Assembly: GCA_040753435.1 (NCBI GenBank)
Contig: JBFMEN010000069.1
Location: 47,551 to 111,550, forward strand
DNA length: 64,000 nucleotides
Reading direction: 5' to 3'
From: Candidatus Omnitrophota bacterium
GTDB taxonomy: Bacteria > Omnitrophota > Gorgyraeia > Zapsychrales > JANLHA01
This document shows positions 18,171 through 27,973 of this stretch, one piece after another. The position numbers and the translations under genes were made by a program. Every line of letters begins with the position of its first letter. Position 1 is the stretch's first letter. The notes beneath the pieces were generated by a model. The model saw only the letters and a program-made list of their open reading frames with translations, was not told where the DNA came from and did not search any database.

Positions 18171-19562
18171 TTGATGCAGATCAGAGAATATTACGAAGAT
18201 TCGTATGTGCAGGCCAGGATGATTGAGTTTATGGGAGGAAAAAGAGCGGAGGAGAGCACTTGTGTTTATCTTTTGAAGTGTGACGTTGTCGAAGGTGATT
18301 GTATACGAAAGCTTCCGACCGAACTTGAGTTTTTCCTCTTGAATGAAATGGATGTTTGCCGCTCCCTTTGGGACAGAAAATATCTTCTCGTTCATCTCGA
18401 TATCGAATATGTGAATTTTGATTTCCCTGGGGAACCATACCTCGATTATGAGCGGTGTTTTCAACTTCAGCAGCCCCTTATGGATGTTGTCATGAGTATG
18501 TTTGTTAAATATGGTCTTAAACCGTTGCATTTGTTAAGCGGCAGAGGACATCATTTCACCTGGTGTGTAAAACAGAAATCGCCGATATTTCATCAGTTGG
18601 CCGGCATCGGGCGGCTGTCCGAGAACCTTCGAAAAAAATACAGGGAGCCCCATCCACCGACCGGAGAATCTATCGGCGTCCAACTTGGAAAAGCTTTTTC
18701 AGGATTGGGATTGGCTATTGAATATTTGTCGTTTGAGGCAAAAGCTAAAAGTGTTACCCGGATACCAGTTCAGATAACTGCCGTTCGCGTTGAGCCACAG
18801 GAGCGGGGACGCGAAGTCATTTCAATTGATATTTCCGAATACGCCGATCCGCTCGATACCAGGATGATCCGTATTCCGTTCAGCGTTTACCATAAGCATT
18901 TTACTAAGCGATGGCTCATTCCCGATAATCTGCGTGATACTCTTCCGCCAATTTTTTTAATTCCGCTCACTGATCATGATTATCGGAAAGCCATTCGGAT
19001 TATGCGAAATCCTGATGAGGTCCATTCCCTGGCGCGAACGACTTCCGCAACAATTCCCGAATGCCCCAAGGCAATGAAAAGATTGATTGATGATTATAAG
19101 GCCTCCAGATTGGCGCGCTTTCACGAATGGTTTTATTCACAAGAACATGAAGATCCGGAAAATTGGCTGACATCATATGATCAAGCGCCGCTGGATCGGA
19201 TACCCGCCTGCGCCAGAAATATTTTAGAGAATCCCAATGATCTTTTATTGCGACCCGAATGTATTCGTCATGTCGTTATTTGCTTTTTGGCTCTGGGCTG
19301 GCACCCAAGACAGATTGCAGGATTGATTCGCTCTAAATATGAGCGAAATTACGGCTGGGGGAGGCTGTGGTACATTTATGACGCTGCAGAGCGGGCCGAC
19401 TTTTATACACGTGTTTTTTCTGGACTGATTGAGCTTGGGTATGACCTGCTGGACGATTTTACATGTGAAGGGGTTAAAAAGAGCGGAGTTTGTTTCCATG
19501 AAGACGACAAGCACGACCTCGCTTCTTTAAGAAAGTCTGTTTTAAAAAGAAGGTGGTTATGA
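18171..19562 (+). CDS. Archaeo-eukaryotic-primase (AEP/PrimPol) superfamily-like protein, hypothetical
   Basis: Three AEP motifs in canonical order and spacing. Motif I is LLVHLDIEYVNF (acidic D-x-E). About 60 aa later, motif II is HLLSGRGHHFTW (sGxGxHh). Motif III is VISIDIS....RMIRIPFSVYHK (D ... R.P.S.H.K). The Cys-containing helical C-terminal half has no recognised motif. The start is uncertain (TTG 18171, ATG 18174, or later Met). Confidence 0.5.
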   Translation: MMQIREYYEDSYVQARMIEFMGGKRAEESTCVYLLKCDVVEGDCIRKLPTELEFFLLNEMDVCRSLWDRKYLLVHLDIEYVNFDFPGEPYLDYERCFQLQQPLMDVVMSMFVKYGLKPLHLLSGRGHHFTWCVKQKSPIFHQLAGIGRLSENLRKKYREPHPPTGESIGVQLGKAFSGLGLAIEYLSFEAKAKSVTRIPVQITAVRVEPQERGREVISIDISEYADPLDTRMIRIPFSVYHKHFTKRWLIPDNLRDTLPPIFLIPLTDHDYRKAIRIMRNPDEVHSLARTTSATIPECPKAMKRLIDDYKASRLARFHEWFYSQEHEDPENWLTSYDQAPLDRIPACARNILENPNDLLLRPECIRHVVICFLALGWHPRQIAGLIRSKYERNYGWGRLWYIYDAAERADFYTRVFSGLIELGYDLLDDFTCEGVKKSGVCFHEDDKHDLASLRKSVLKRRWL

Positions 19563-20422
19563 TCGACTGGCCGATCGGAATTTCGACAGGTTGTTTTTAT
19601 GAGAAGTCAATTTTTGACTGCCTTGAAGCAATAATGTCCAATGGCTTCTCGATCCTTGAAATCAGCTCGGCGCTGCAGCATTTAAATTATCACGATCGGG
19701 GAATGGTTCAGAGCGTTGCAAAAACTATCAAAGAATTGGGGATGGAGGCTTATTCCTTCCACGCCCCCTTTAGCGATGACATTGATATCGCCGCTCTTGA
19801 TGAGGCTCATTATGAGCGATCAGTCAATGAAATCATGCTTGCTATCGAGGCGGCTTCCATCTTAAATACTCGTTATTTTCTGCTTCATCCTGGCCCAAGC
19901 AGAGAATCTCGGCAGGCAGAAAACGAGTACTATCAACGAATGACACGGGTATCGGAAGCGATAAAAAAGATGGCCAGGCAATGCAAGAAACTGGGAATGC
20001 TGTTGATTTTGGAAAATATGCTCCCACATCTTTTATTTAGCAGCCCAAAGGACATTCTCTGGATCATCGGATCAGTTGAAGAAACGAATATCGGGATCTG
20101 CCTGGATACGGGACACGCGTTTCTGTCCGACGAGCTTTATGCGATCGCTCATAAGTTCGCAGGTCACACGCAGCTGATTCACGCTCATGATAATTACGGG
20201 AAACACGATGATCATCTCCCGCCCGGGAAAGGAAGGATAGATTGGAAATATTTTTTAAGAGAAGCGGCGGAATCAGGCTTTAACGGAGGGTTGATCATTG
20301 AATTGAACAAGGGAGATAAAAGTACTGAAAAAATTCTTGAAGAGGCCAGGCATTCTCGGGCTTTGATGAGAGAAATTCTCAGGGAGATTGAATTGACTTT
20401 GCCGCCAATTTCTGGGGAATAG
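19559..20422 (+). CDS. Xylose-isomerase-like TIM-barrel protein (AP endonuclease 2 / sugar-phosphate isomerase-epimerase superfamily)
   Basis: Metal-ligand motifs YFLLHPG, LLILEN, IGICLDTGHAF and LIHAHDNYG are in the order seen in Endo IV, UvdE and sugar isomerases. The ATG at 19559 overlaps the upstream stop (ATGA); the alternative GTG is at 19553. Confidence 0.7.
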   Translation: MIDWPIGISTGCFYEKSIFDCLEAIMSNGFSILEISSALQHLNYHDRGMVQSVAKTIKELGMEAYSFHAPFSDDIDIAALDEAHYERSVNEIMLAIEAASILNTRYFLLHPGPSRESRQAENEYYQRMTRVSEAIKKMARQCKKLGMLLILENMLPHLLFSSPKDILWIIGSVEETNIGICLDTGHAFLSDELYAIAHKFAGHTQLIHAHDNYGKHDDHLPPGKGRIDWKYFLREAAESGFNGGLIIELNKGDKSTEKILEEARHSRALMREILREIELTLPPISGE

Positions 20423-20434
20423 AGGGATTCAATC

Positions 20435-21115
20435 ATGGCGAAAAGGTGTTTGAGGGGAAATATCCGTTTATTGTTTTTGGTTGTCGTGATCTTTAATTAC
20501 TTAATCGTCTCAGATTCCATGGCATTCACCAGGAATGACGCGCAATTGTGGACGGCCGTCATGTTAAAAATGCATATGTCTTATGACAACTATCTTTACC
20601 TGGGGCGAGAGTTTCGCTTCGGGAATCATTGTAAGGAAGTGATTTATCGTTACACAGAAGGCGGGGTTTCGTTTGAGAAATATGAATGGGTTCATATAGC
20701 CATGCTTTATCGTTACGGGACACGTAAAAAAGACGGCGTCTGGGAAGAGGAAAGCACGCCGCATTTAAATGTCACATTTATTAAACGGACAGATTCGATC
20801 TTTTTAAGCACAAGAAATCGTATCGAATACGAAATGTTACGGAAGACAAAAGATATTTGGCGTTACAGGAACAAGATTATTATCGGGATCCCGATGAAAT
20901 GGAATAAAAAGGAATTAAGACCCTATGTCGCTGACGAATTCTTTATCGATTTTGATCAAGACTGCCATAACATCAATCAAATATCGGGAGGGATCAGGTT
21001 TGAGCTAGTTGAAAATTTTCTAGCAGATGTTTTCTGCTTATGGCAAAGCAGGGTGGATCGCAATTGGGAATCGCCAGATCATGTCGTCGGGATGAATTTG
21101 GAGCTGACGTTTTAA
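20435..21115 (+). CDS. Outer-membrane protein, DUF2490-like
   Basis: N-terminal hydrophobic signal, alternating amphipathic beta-strand pattern and C-terminal ...LELTF (terminal Phe). The DUF2490 assignment rests on overall resemblance only. Confidence 0.4.
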   Translation: MAKRCLRGNIRLLFLVVVIFNYLIVSDSMAFTRNDAQLWTAVMLKMHMSYDNYLYLGREFRFGNHCKEVIYRYTEGGVSFEKYEWVHIAMLYRYGTRKKDGVWEEESTPHLNVTFIKRTDSIFLSTRNRIEYEMLRKTKDIWRYRNKIIIGIPMKWNKKELRPYVADEFFIDFDQDCHNINQISGGIRFELVENFLADVFCLWQSRVDRNWESPDHVVGMNLELTF

Positions 21116-21128
21116 GCCGGAAATAGAT

Positions 21129-22676
21129 ATGGTTCAATCAGATTATCAGACAGCAGAAGGAATTTTATTTACTGACTTTTATCAGTTAACCATGGCCCAG
21201 CTATATTTTAAACTTGGCTGGCATGAAAAAGAGGTCCAGTTTGATTATTTTTTCAGGAACTATCCGGATTATGGGACTCATCAGGCCGGATATTGCATTA
21301 ATGCTGGGCTGGAGTGGCTCCTTGACTGGATGCGCCATATCAGGTTTGAGCAATCAGACTTGGAGTTACTCAAGATTCATTTGAACAAAGCGGGAAGGCA
21401 GATCTTTGATAATAATTTTATTGATTGGCTGGGAGTCCATGGCTCATTTGACCATATCACCCTTTGGGCTATCCCTGAGGGAAGAGTTGTCCACGCGAAT
21501 ACGCCTTTAGCCGTTGTTCGCGGACCATTTGTAATGACCCAGTTGCTTGAAACATCATTATTGAATCATTTGAACTATCAGACCCTCGTGGCGACTAAGG
21601 CGGCCAGAATCAAGTATGCCGGAAGGAACCGGCCTTTAATCGGATTCGGAATGCGGCGGGGACAAGGCGAGGGCGTAAATGCCGGGACCCGCGCGGAATT
21701 AATTGGCGGGGCGGATTTTTCATCCAATACCGGGATGTCATATATTTTGGGTTATCCCCCTGTGGGTACGCATGCCCATAGCATGATTCAGGCATTTATT
21801 GCCATGGGGGAGGGAGAGCTTGGGGCATTTGAGGCCTATGCCGATCTTTATCCGGATGACTGCGTTTTGCTGGTTGACACTGTCAATACCCTTGAAAGCG
21901 GTTTGCCCAATGCCATAAAAGTTTTTGAAAAATTAAAAAGGTATGGACATGAGCCGGCCGGAATACGTCTTGACTCTGGAGATTTGGCTTATTTGAGTAT
22001 TCAAGCTGCCAGGATGCTTGACCAGGCTGGTTTTCCAAGAACCTCGATTGTTTTGTCCAATCAGCTTGATGAGCTGATCCTGTGGCAGATCATCAATCAG
22101 ATCATAATTGAGGCGCCTCGTTACCAAATGGATCCAGACAGAATTATTGACCGGCTTATTTTTGGGGTTGGAACCAAGCTTATAGTCTCGGCAGGCGCCC
22201 CGGCCCTTGATGGTGTTTATAAATTATCTGCAATCAAAGAAAATGGCCAATGGGTGCCGTCACTTAAAATTTCCGAAAATACGTCGAAGACCCTGATCCC
22301 CGGTTTTAAACATCTGTTTCGCATTTATGATCAGAGGAAGAAAGCTGAGGCTGATGTCATGACCCTGAACGAAGAGGTAGTCTTTATAAATGGGCAACTC
22401 AGGATACATCATTCTATGGACATGAGTCTTTCAAGGATTATCGAAGAAAAGAATGTTCTAAAAACTGAGTCGCTTCTTTCTTTGATTTTAGAGAATGGGA
22501 AGATGGTATATCAGTGTCCTCCCATTGACCAGATTCGTCATCAGCGCGATAACGATTTGGCTTGTCTGGATGAAGGCGTGAAAAGGATTATCAATCCCCA
22601 TCGTTATCATGTTTCGCTGGATGATGGCCTCTGGGACCTAAAAAACAATCTGGTTAAACGATATTCAAACAGGTGA
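21129..22676 (+). CDS. pncB: Nicotinate phosphoribosyltransferase
   Basis: [16 protein letters not shown]..., [12 protein letters not shown] and HSMIQAF match the NAPRTase family. Confidence 0.85.
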   Translation: MVQSDYQTAEGILFTDFYQLTMAQLYFKLGWHEKEVQFDYFFRNYPDYGTHQAGYCINAGLEWLLDWMRHIRFEQSDLELLKIHLNKAGRQIFDNNFIDWLGVHGSFDHITLWAIPEGRVVHANTPLAVVRGPFVMTQLLETSLLNHLNYQTLVATKAARIKYAGRNRPLIGFGMRRGQGEGVNAGTRAELIGGADFSSNTGMSYILGYPPVGTHAHSMIQAFIAMGEGELGAFEAYADLYPDDCVLLVDTVNTLESGLPNAIKVFEKLKRYGHEPAGIRLDSGDLAYLSIQAARMLDQAGFPRTSIVLSNQLDELILWQIINQIIIEAPRYQMDPDRIIDRLIFGVGTKLIVSAGAPALDGVYKLSAIKENGQWVPSLKISENTSKTLIPGFKHLFRIYDQRKKAEADVMTLNEEVVFINGQLRIHHSMDMSLSRIIEEKNVLKTESLLSLILENGKMVYQCPPIDQIRHQRDNDLACLDEGVKRIINPHRYHVSLDDGLWDLKNNLVKRYSNR

Positions 22677-22711
22677 ACGCGTTATTTTTTAAATCGACAA
22701 GGAGGAAAATC

Positions 22712-22999
22712 ATGGCAAGAAGAAAAGAATCACCGGAGGCTTTTGAAGAAAAAAAGACCACAAAAAAGAAAATCCCAACGGCGACGACAGCTGCTCGTGT
22801 GAACAAAAAAACCACAGAGGGTAAAACAATTCCTTCGGAGGATATTTGTGAACCCGGGTTTGATAAGTATGCCAGGGTCAAGGATGTGGCTTATTATCTT
22901 TATGTCAATCGTGGGCGAGTTCCTGGCCATGAATTGTCTGACTGGCTCGAAGCCGAAAAGATTGTCAAAGAAGAGATAGGGGACAGGTGCCGGGTGTGA
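22712..22999 (+). CDS. DUF2934-domain protein (lysine-rich N-terminus)
   Basis: The C-terminus IAYYLYVNRGRVPGHELSDWLEAEKIV matches the DUF2934 motif (A..W...G.P.G.d.edWl.AE). The ATG at 22712 follows GGAGG. The listed ORF start at 22673 has no RBS. Confidence 0.55.
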   Translation: MARRKESPEAFEEKKTTKKKIPTATTAARVNKKTTEGKTIPSEDICEPGFDKYARVKDVAYYLYVNRGRVPGHELSDWLEAEKIVKEEIGDRCRV

Positions 23000-23000
23000 G

Positions 23001-23732
23001 ATGACGAGTAATATTTACGTTGGGACATCGGGGTGGCATTATCGTCATTGGGTGGGAATATTTTATCCGGAAGGAATGCCGGGAAGCGATTTTCTCGACT
23101 ATTACAAGACTTATTTCAAGACAGTCGAGATCAACAATACGTTTTACCGGATGCCTAAAGAATCGACCGTTGATTACTGGAGAGTGTCAGCGCCGGAGGA
23201 CTTTATTTTTTCAGTTAAGGCGAGCCGGTATCTCACCCATATTAAAAAACTAAAAGGTCCGAGCGAAGGGTTTAATGAATTCTTACAGATTATCTCCCGC
23301 CTTGGAGATCATTTGGGGCCGGTTCTCTTTCAGCTCCCGCCGAAGTGGGGATGTGACATCGTGCGGCTGAAATCATTCGTGTCGAAACTCACGAAGGAAT
23401 ACCGTTACGCTTTTGAGTTCAGAAATGCTGATTGGTTTAATCATGATGTTTATCAAATTCTCATAGATCATAATATAGCCTTTTGCATTTATGATTTCAA
23501 TCGCCAAAGATCGCCGATGGAGCTCACGGCGGATTTCGTGTATGTCCGGCTTCATGGGCCGGAAGGAGCCTACCAAGGCTCCTATGATCGTACAAGTTTG
23601 TCCCAATGGGCGGTGGAAATAAAGACATGGAGAGATTCGGGGAAATCTGTGTATTGCTATTTTGATAATGATCAGAAAGGTTTTGCGGTCAGGAACGCGA
23701 TGACCCTTATTAAAATGCTTGAAGAGAGTTAA
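23001..23732 (+). CDS. DUF72 (UPF0759) family protein
   Basis: IYVGTSGWHYRHWVGIFYPEG...YFKTVEINNTFYRMP is the DUF72 N-terminal signature. Confidence 0.8.
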   Translation: MTSNIYVGTSGWHYRHWVGIFYPEGMPGSDFLDYYKTYFKTVEINNTFYRMPKESTVDYWRVSAPEDFIFSVKASRYLTHIKKLKGPSEGFNEFLQIISRLGDHLGPVLFQLPPKWGCDIVRLKSFVSKLTKEYRYAFEFRNADWFNHDVYQILIDHNIAFCIYDFNRQRSPMELTADFVYVRLHGPEGAYQGSYDRTSLSQWAVEIKTWRDSGKSVYCYFDNDQKGFAVRNAMTLIKMLEES

Positions 23733-23869
23733 TTTTTACAGGTTTTCTTTGCCTTCGGAAAAGGTTAAATTGCAGGGAATGTATTCTTATGCGATTTATT
23801 TCAATTTAAAAAACAAGTGCAGGGAGTTTTGTTAAAAGATTTTAAAAGGTTAAATGAGGGCTGTTAAAG

Positions 23870-24604
23870 ATGATGGGTCGCGTGAAAGAATTAATTTTAA
23901 TCGGCATTATCTTACTGATAGACTTGCCTTCAGTTTATGCGGCCCCGGTGGGTAACCGAATTCATCAACCATTGACCGGAGATACTAAAGGCGGTCTTTT
24001 GATGGAAGGTTCAGGTAAATCAATAACAGCAGGGTATATTTTTGATTGTGTCTTTGACCGCTCTCTTGATAACAATAGCGGAGAACTTAAAGATTTCAGG
24101 GGAAACTTCGTCACAATTTCTTATCCGGTTACAACCAATATGGATTTCTACGGATTGCTGGGGCTGATTGAATTCAGGATGAAGGAGAAACAGCCTGTTG
24201 TTAAAGAGTTTGAGACGAATCAAAATCTCGCACTTGGATTAGGTGCCTGGATTCATTTATTTAAGACTGCACGAAATATGTCGATTGATCTGGATGCAAA
24301 GTTCCGTCGTTCAAAGGGCGATGTTGATTTTATTGTCGGTCCTGAAGGGGACGTTGTTTATAAGGACTGGCAGGCCGCATTCGTGATTTCACGACCATAT
24401 GAACTGTTTACGCCCTATTTTGCAATCAGATACGGAAATATCGAGATAGGCAGCGTGGGTGATTTTGGAACCCAGCACAGTAATTATCTTTGGGGAACAT
24501 TGGTTGGGTTACGGCTTAACCGGATGGAAGAAATTTTTATGTCAATAGAGGCAAGGTTTGTTGATGAATTGGCGATGACCGCTCAATTCAATTATCAATT
24601 CTAA
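23870..24604 (+). CDS. Outer-membrane beta-barrel protein (hypothetical)
   Basis: Signal peptide (LILIGIILLIDLPSVYAAP), alternating hydrophobic beta-strand pattern and C-terminal ...FNYQF. Confidence 0.45.
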   Translation: MMGRVKELILIGIILLIDLPSVYAAPVGNRIHQPLTGDTKGGLLMEGSGKSITAGYIFDCVFDRSLDNNSGELKDFRGNFVTISYPVTTNMDFYGLLGLIEFRMKEKQPVVKEFETNQNLALGLGAWIHLFKTARNMSIDLDAKFRRSKGDVDFIVGPEGDVVYKDWQAAFVISRPYELFTPYFAIRYGNIEIGSVGDFGTQHSNYLWGTLVGLRLNRMEEIFMSIEARFVDELAMTAQFNYQF

Positions 24605-24641
24605 TTATTTTTTAACATTGAGCCGTCGGAAGGAGATTTTC

Positions 24642-25097
24642 ATGAAAATAAACGAAATTATGACAAAGGGCGTAGAAGTTATTAGTTCGGATGCCACAAT
24701 TAAACAGGCCGCCGACCGGATGCGTGTTCTTAATGTTGGTGCCCTGCCGGTTAGAAGCAATGGCACGTTAATTGGAATTTTAACGGATCGTGATATTACA
24801 GTCCGGGCTATTGCCGAGGGGCGGAACCCCGAGTCCACTCCCGTAAATGAGATCATGAGCAGAGAAATCCAATGGTGTTACGATGATCAGGATGTTCAAG
24901 AGGCATCTCGTTTGATGAAAGAAAAACAGATACGACGTCTTTTGATAAAAGATCGTAATGAGCAGATTTCCGGAATCGTTTCACTTGGCGATATCAGCAC
25001 CCATGCCCCGTCAGAGTTAACGGGAGAAACGACAAAGGAAATCTCAGAACCGTCACATCCTGAACGCGAGACCGGGTTTGGAGAAACACGATTATGA
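24642..25097 (+). CDS. CBS-domain pair protein
   Basis: Two CBS units (IMTKGVEVISSDATIKQAADRMRVLNVGALPV...GILTDRDI; IMSREIQWCYDDQDVQEASRLMKEKQIRRLLI...GIVSLGDI). The ATG at 24642 follows AGGAG. Confidence 0.8.
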   Translation: MKINEIMTKGVEVISSDATIKQAADRMRVLNVGALPVRSNGTLIGILTDRDITVRAIAEGRNPESTPVNEIMSREIQWCYDDQDVQEASRLMKEKQIRRLLIKDRNEQISGIVSLGDISTHAPSELTGETTKEISEPSHPERETGFGETRL

Positions 25098-25127
25098 ATT
25101 CGGGTATAAGAAAAAGGAGGTTGATTG

Positions 25128-25865
25128 ATGCTTAGAAGCGTCATGGGAATAAAAGACTACCGGCTGCAGGCGCGTGACGGACTCTTGGGCAGGGTCGATG
25201 ATTTCTTCTTTGATGATGAAAAATGGGGAGTGCGTTACCTGGTTGTGGACACGAATATCTGGCTTCCTGGAAAGACAGTTCTTATTGCGCCCGCCAGTTT
25301 TGCAGGCCGTCCCGACTGGGAATCTAAAAGTTTCCCGGTCGCATTAACCAGGGAGGAAGTCCGCAATTCTCCTGATGTCGACGTTCATCAACCTGTTTCA
25401 CGCCAAAAGGAAATTGAAGTGAATTATTACTATGGCTGGCCAAGTTATTGGTATGCACCCGGCCAGGGGGAAGTTATCCCGACCATTCCATTACCGGATG
25501 GCATGACCTCTCATGTTCAAATGAAGGAAACAGACTCCCATTTAAGAAGTCTTAATGAGGTGGCAGGTTATCATATTATGGCAGTTGACGGTGAAATAGG
25601 GCATCTTGATGACGTTATTGTGAGTGATGAAGACTGGTCGATTCGGTATGCGGTTGCGGACACAAGGAATTGGTTGCCGGGTAAAAGGGTGTTGATCGCG
25701 ATTTCATGGATCAAAAAGTTCGACTGGGGTATGCGAAAGGTGCATATCGATTTGACAAAGGAGCGAATAAAGCACAGTCCTCCGTATGATCCTTCCGCTC
25801 CAATTAATAGAGAGTTGGAGGAGGCGCTTTTTGACTATTATGGGAGGCCGAGACACTGGCTTTAA
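25128..25865 (+). CDS. PRC-barrel domain protein (tandem PRC barrels), paralog 3
   Basis: MGIKDYRLQARDGLLGRVDDFFFDDEKWGVRYLVVDTNIWLPGKTVLIAP and VAGYHIMAVDGEIGHLDDVIVSDEDWSIRY; ends ...YDYYGRPRHWL, as in paralog 2. The ATG at 25128 follows AAGGAGG. Confidence 0.6.
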   Translation: MLRSVMGIKDYRLQARDGLLGRVDDFFFDDEKWGVRYLVVDTNIWLPGKTVLIAPASFAGRPDWESKSFPVALTREEVRNSPDVDVHQPVSRQKEIEVNYYYGWPSYWYAPGQGEVIPTIPLPDGMTSHVQMKETDSHLRSLNEVAGYHIMAVDGEIGHLDDVIVSDEDWSIRYAVADTRNWLPGKRVLIAISWIKKFDWGMRKVHIDLTKERIKHSPPYDPSAPINRELEEALFDYYGRPRHWL

Positions 25866-25895
25866 CAATGGAATTTTTTAAGTTGGGATTTTGAT

Positions 25896-26540
25896 ATGTT
25901 CTTAGACCGGAAAGATGCCGGCGAAAAACTGGCAGAAAATTTAAATAAGTTCGAAAATGCCAGCAACACTGTTGTCATGGCAATCCCATATGGAGGAATT
26001 ATCATCGGTTCGATCGTAGCTGATCGTCTCAATATTCCTTTCGAAATGTTAATCGTACGGAAACTTCCTTTGCCGTACAATTCAGAATCAGGGTTCGGCG
26101 CTGTTTCTGAAGACGGAAGTGTTTATATTATAGATGAAGCAGCTTATATGTTGCCCGAAAATGATATTCGCCGTATTCAGGCAGAACAAATTGAGGAAGT
26201 TAAAAAGAGAAAAAAAATGCTGCGAAACAACCGGGAGCTTCCGGAACTGAGAGGAAAGACCGTTATTCTCATTGATGATGGTTTGGCGATGGGATCGACA
26301 ATGCGAGTCGCTGTTTGTTGTTGCCGCTTTAAAAGAGCTGATCGTATTGTTGTTGCTGTTCCGGTTGCAGGCGAGGAGGTTGCCGGCGAGTTCGAGAGGC
26401 TCGTGGATGAAGTAGTTGTTCTTGAAAAACCTAAAAATTTCAGGGCGGTTGCCCAGGTTTATCAAAACTGGCATGATGTTTCGGAAGAAGAGGCGCGGGC
26501 GACTCTTAGGCACTATTATTTTTTAAATAAATCGCCTTAA
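25896..26540 (+). CDS. Predicted phosphoribosyltransferase (type I PRT fold, stress-associated 'putative PRTase' family)
   Basis: The PRPP-binding loop VILIDDGLAMGSTM is preceded by the N-terminal hood region FLDRKDAGEKLAENL... Confidence 0.7.
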   Translation: MFLDRKDAGEKLAENLNKFENASNTVVMAIPYGGIIIGSIVADRLNIPFEMLIVRKLPLPYNSESGFGAVSEDGSVYIIDEAAYMLPENDIRRIQAEQIEEVKKRKKMLRNNRELPELRGKTVILIDDGLAMGSTMRVAVCCCRFKRADRIVVAVPVAGEEVAGEFERLVDEVVVLEKPKNFRAVAQVYQNWHDVSEEEARATLRHYYFLNKSP

Positions 26541-26808
26541 ACGATTCACTGAAGATGCTGCCTGCTGAAGCACTTCCGAACGCTTTCTCAAAAAGCCATA
26601 TCGACTGATTGTCATAAGAAGATTGGGAGATTGATGAAAAGTTATTCATGCTCCAGGAGTTCGAGCGGTTTGACAGTAATATCATTCATGAAGAACGCAA
26701 AAGAATTATCCGGGATCTGTAAGATCAAAGTGAATAATTTTCTTTTCATGGCGACATTCATCCTTTATCATAATATAAAAACGTATTGATTAAAGGAAAG
26801 GAAGGCCT

Positions 26809-27342
26809 ATGTCAACGCTTGGGCAAAAAACTGAGGCGAACTTGAAGGCTGCCTTTGCAGGTGAATCACAGGCAAGGAACAAGTACACGTATTTTGCGAA
26901 AGTCGCTCGAAATGAGGGTTTTCACTATATTGCAAAGATATTCGAGGAAACTGCTGAAAATGAATGTCAGCATGCCAAGGACGAATTCAAAATGCTGAAT
27001 GGGATCGGCAATACTGAAGCAAATCTGATCGAAGCGATTAGCGGAGAGTGTTACGAAACCCAGCAGATGTATCCGTCTTTTGTTAAAGATGCCGAGGCGG
27101 AAGGCAATGATGCTGCGGCATCGCTTTTCCGACAGATTGCCAAGGTAGAGGCGCACCATGAATTACGATACCGTAAACTGCTGGAGATGGTTAAGGCTGG
27201 TACGGTTTTTAAACGTGAAAACCCAATTCAGTGGAAATGTTCAAAATGCGGCTACGTTATCGAAGGCAAGGAGCCGCCGTCAAAATGTCCTTCATGCAAA
27301 CATCCTTTAGAATATTTTGAGCCCGCGAACTTGGAGTTTTGA
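26809..27342 (+). CDS. rbr: Rubrerythrin (di-iron ferritin-like domain + C-terminal rubredoxin-like domain)
   Basis: EANLKAAFAGESQARNKYTYFA...E..H...E, then the C-terminal CxxC...CxxC pair (WKCSKCGYV...KCPSCKHP). Confidence 0.85.
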   Translation: MSTLGQKTEANLKAAFAGESQARNKYTYFAKVARNEGFHYIAKIFEETAENECQHAKDEFKMLNGIGNTEANLIEAISGECYETQQMYPSFVKDAEAEGNDAAASLFRQIAKVEAHHELRYRKLLEMVKAGTVFKRENPIQWKCSKCGYVIEGKEPPSKCPSCKHPLEYFEPANLEF

Positions 27343-27346
27343 CAGC

Positions 27347-27565
27347 ATGGCTGGAATCAAGGATTTGATTGAATGGGACTATTGCGGCGCGCATTACAGT
27401 GCTTATATAAAGCATTATGTGGATGACGACGGGCGTAAAGGGATGATTCTGATCTTTGAAGATACAACTCATCAAAAAGTCACCGAGATCGTCATCCCTT
27501 CAAGAAAATTTCCCGAGTTTTTGAGGGCCATTAATGATGGTATGTGGCAGGGCCCGAGAATCTAA
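27347..27565 (+). CDS. Small hypothetical protein (72 aa)
   Basis: Begins MAGIKDLIEWDY... immediately after the rbr stop. No recognised motif. The listed ORF start at 27317 overlaps rbr. Confidence 0.3.
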   Translation: MAGIKDLIEWDYCGAHYSAYIKHYVDDDGRKGMILIFEDTTHQKVTEIVIPSRKFPEFLRAINDGMWQGPRI

Positions 27566-27574
27566 AAAGATTTC

Positions 27575-27913
27575 ATGGGGTTTGCAATGCTTACGATCAT
27601 GCTGCTGCTTTTATCAAATATTTTTATGACCTTTGCCTGGTATGGTCATCTAAAATATAAGAGCTCGCCATTATTTGTGGCGATCTTTGCCAGCTGGCTG
27701 ATTGCCTTTATCGAATATTGTTTTCAAGTCCCCGCAAACCGTATCGGCCATGGCGTTTTCAGCGCCCCTCAGCTAAAAGCGATCCAGGAGATTATCACGC
27801 TTTCCGTTTTTGTTGTTTTTTCGATCGTTTATTTAAAAGAAGGATTGAGATGGAACGATCTCGCCGGCTTTATTTTGATTGTTTTTGCCGCTTTTCTTAT
27901 CTTTCAAAAATAA
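27575..27913 (+). CDS. DMT-superfamily small membrane protein (DUF486-like)
   Basis: Four predicted TM helices and a LSNIFMTFAWYGHLKY start typical of DUF486. Confidence 0.5.
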   Translation: MGFAMLTIMLLLLSNIFMTFAWYGHLKYKSSPLFVAIFASWLIAFIEYCFQVPANRIGHGVFSAPQLKAIQEIITLSVFVVFSIVYLKEGLRWNDLAGFILIVFAAFLIFQK

Positions 27914-27973
27914 ATTTATTAATTGAATATGAGTATTATTTTTTTCTCCTCATGATAAAATATTATAAAAATT

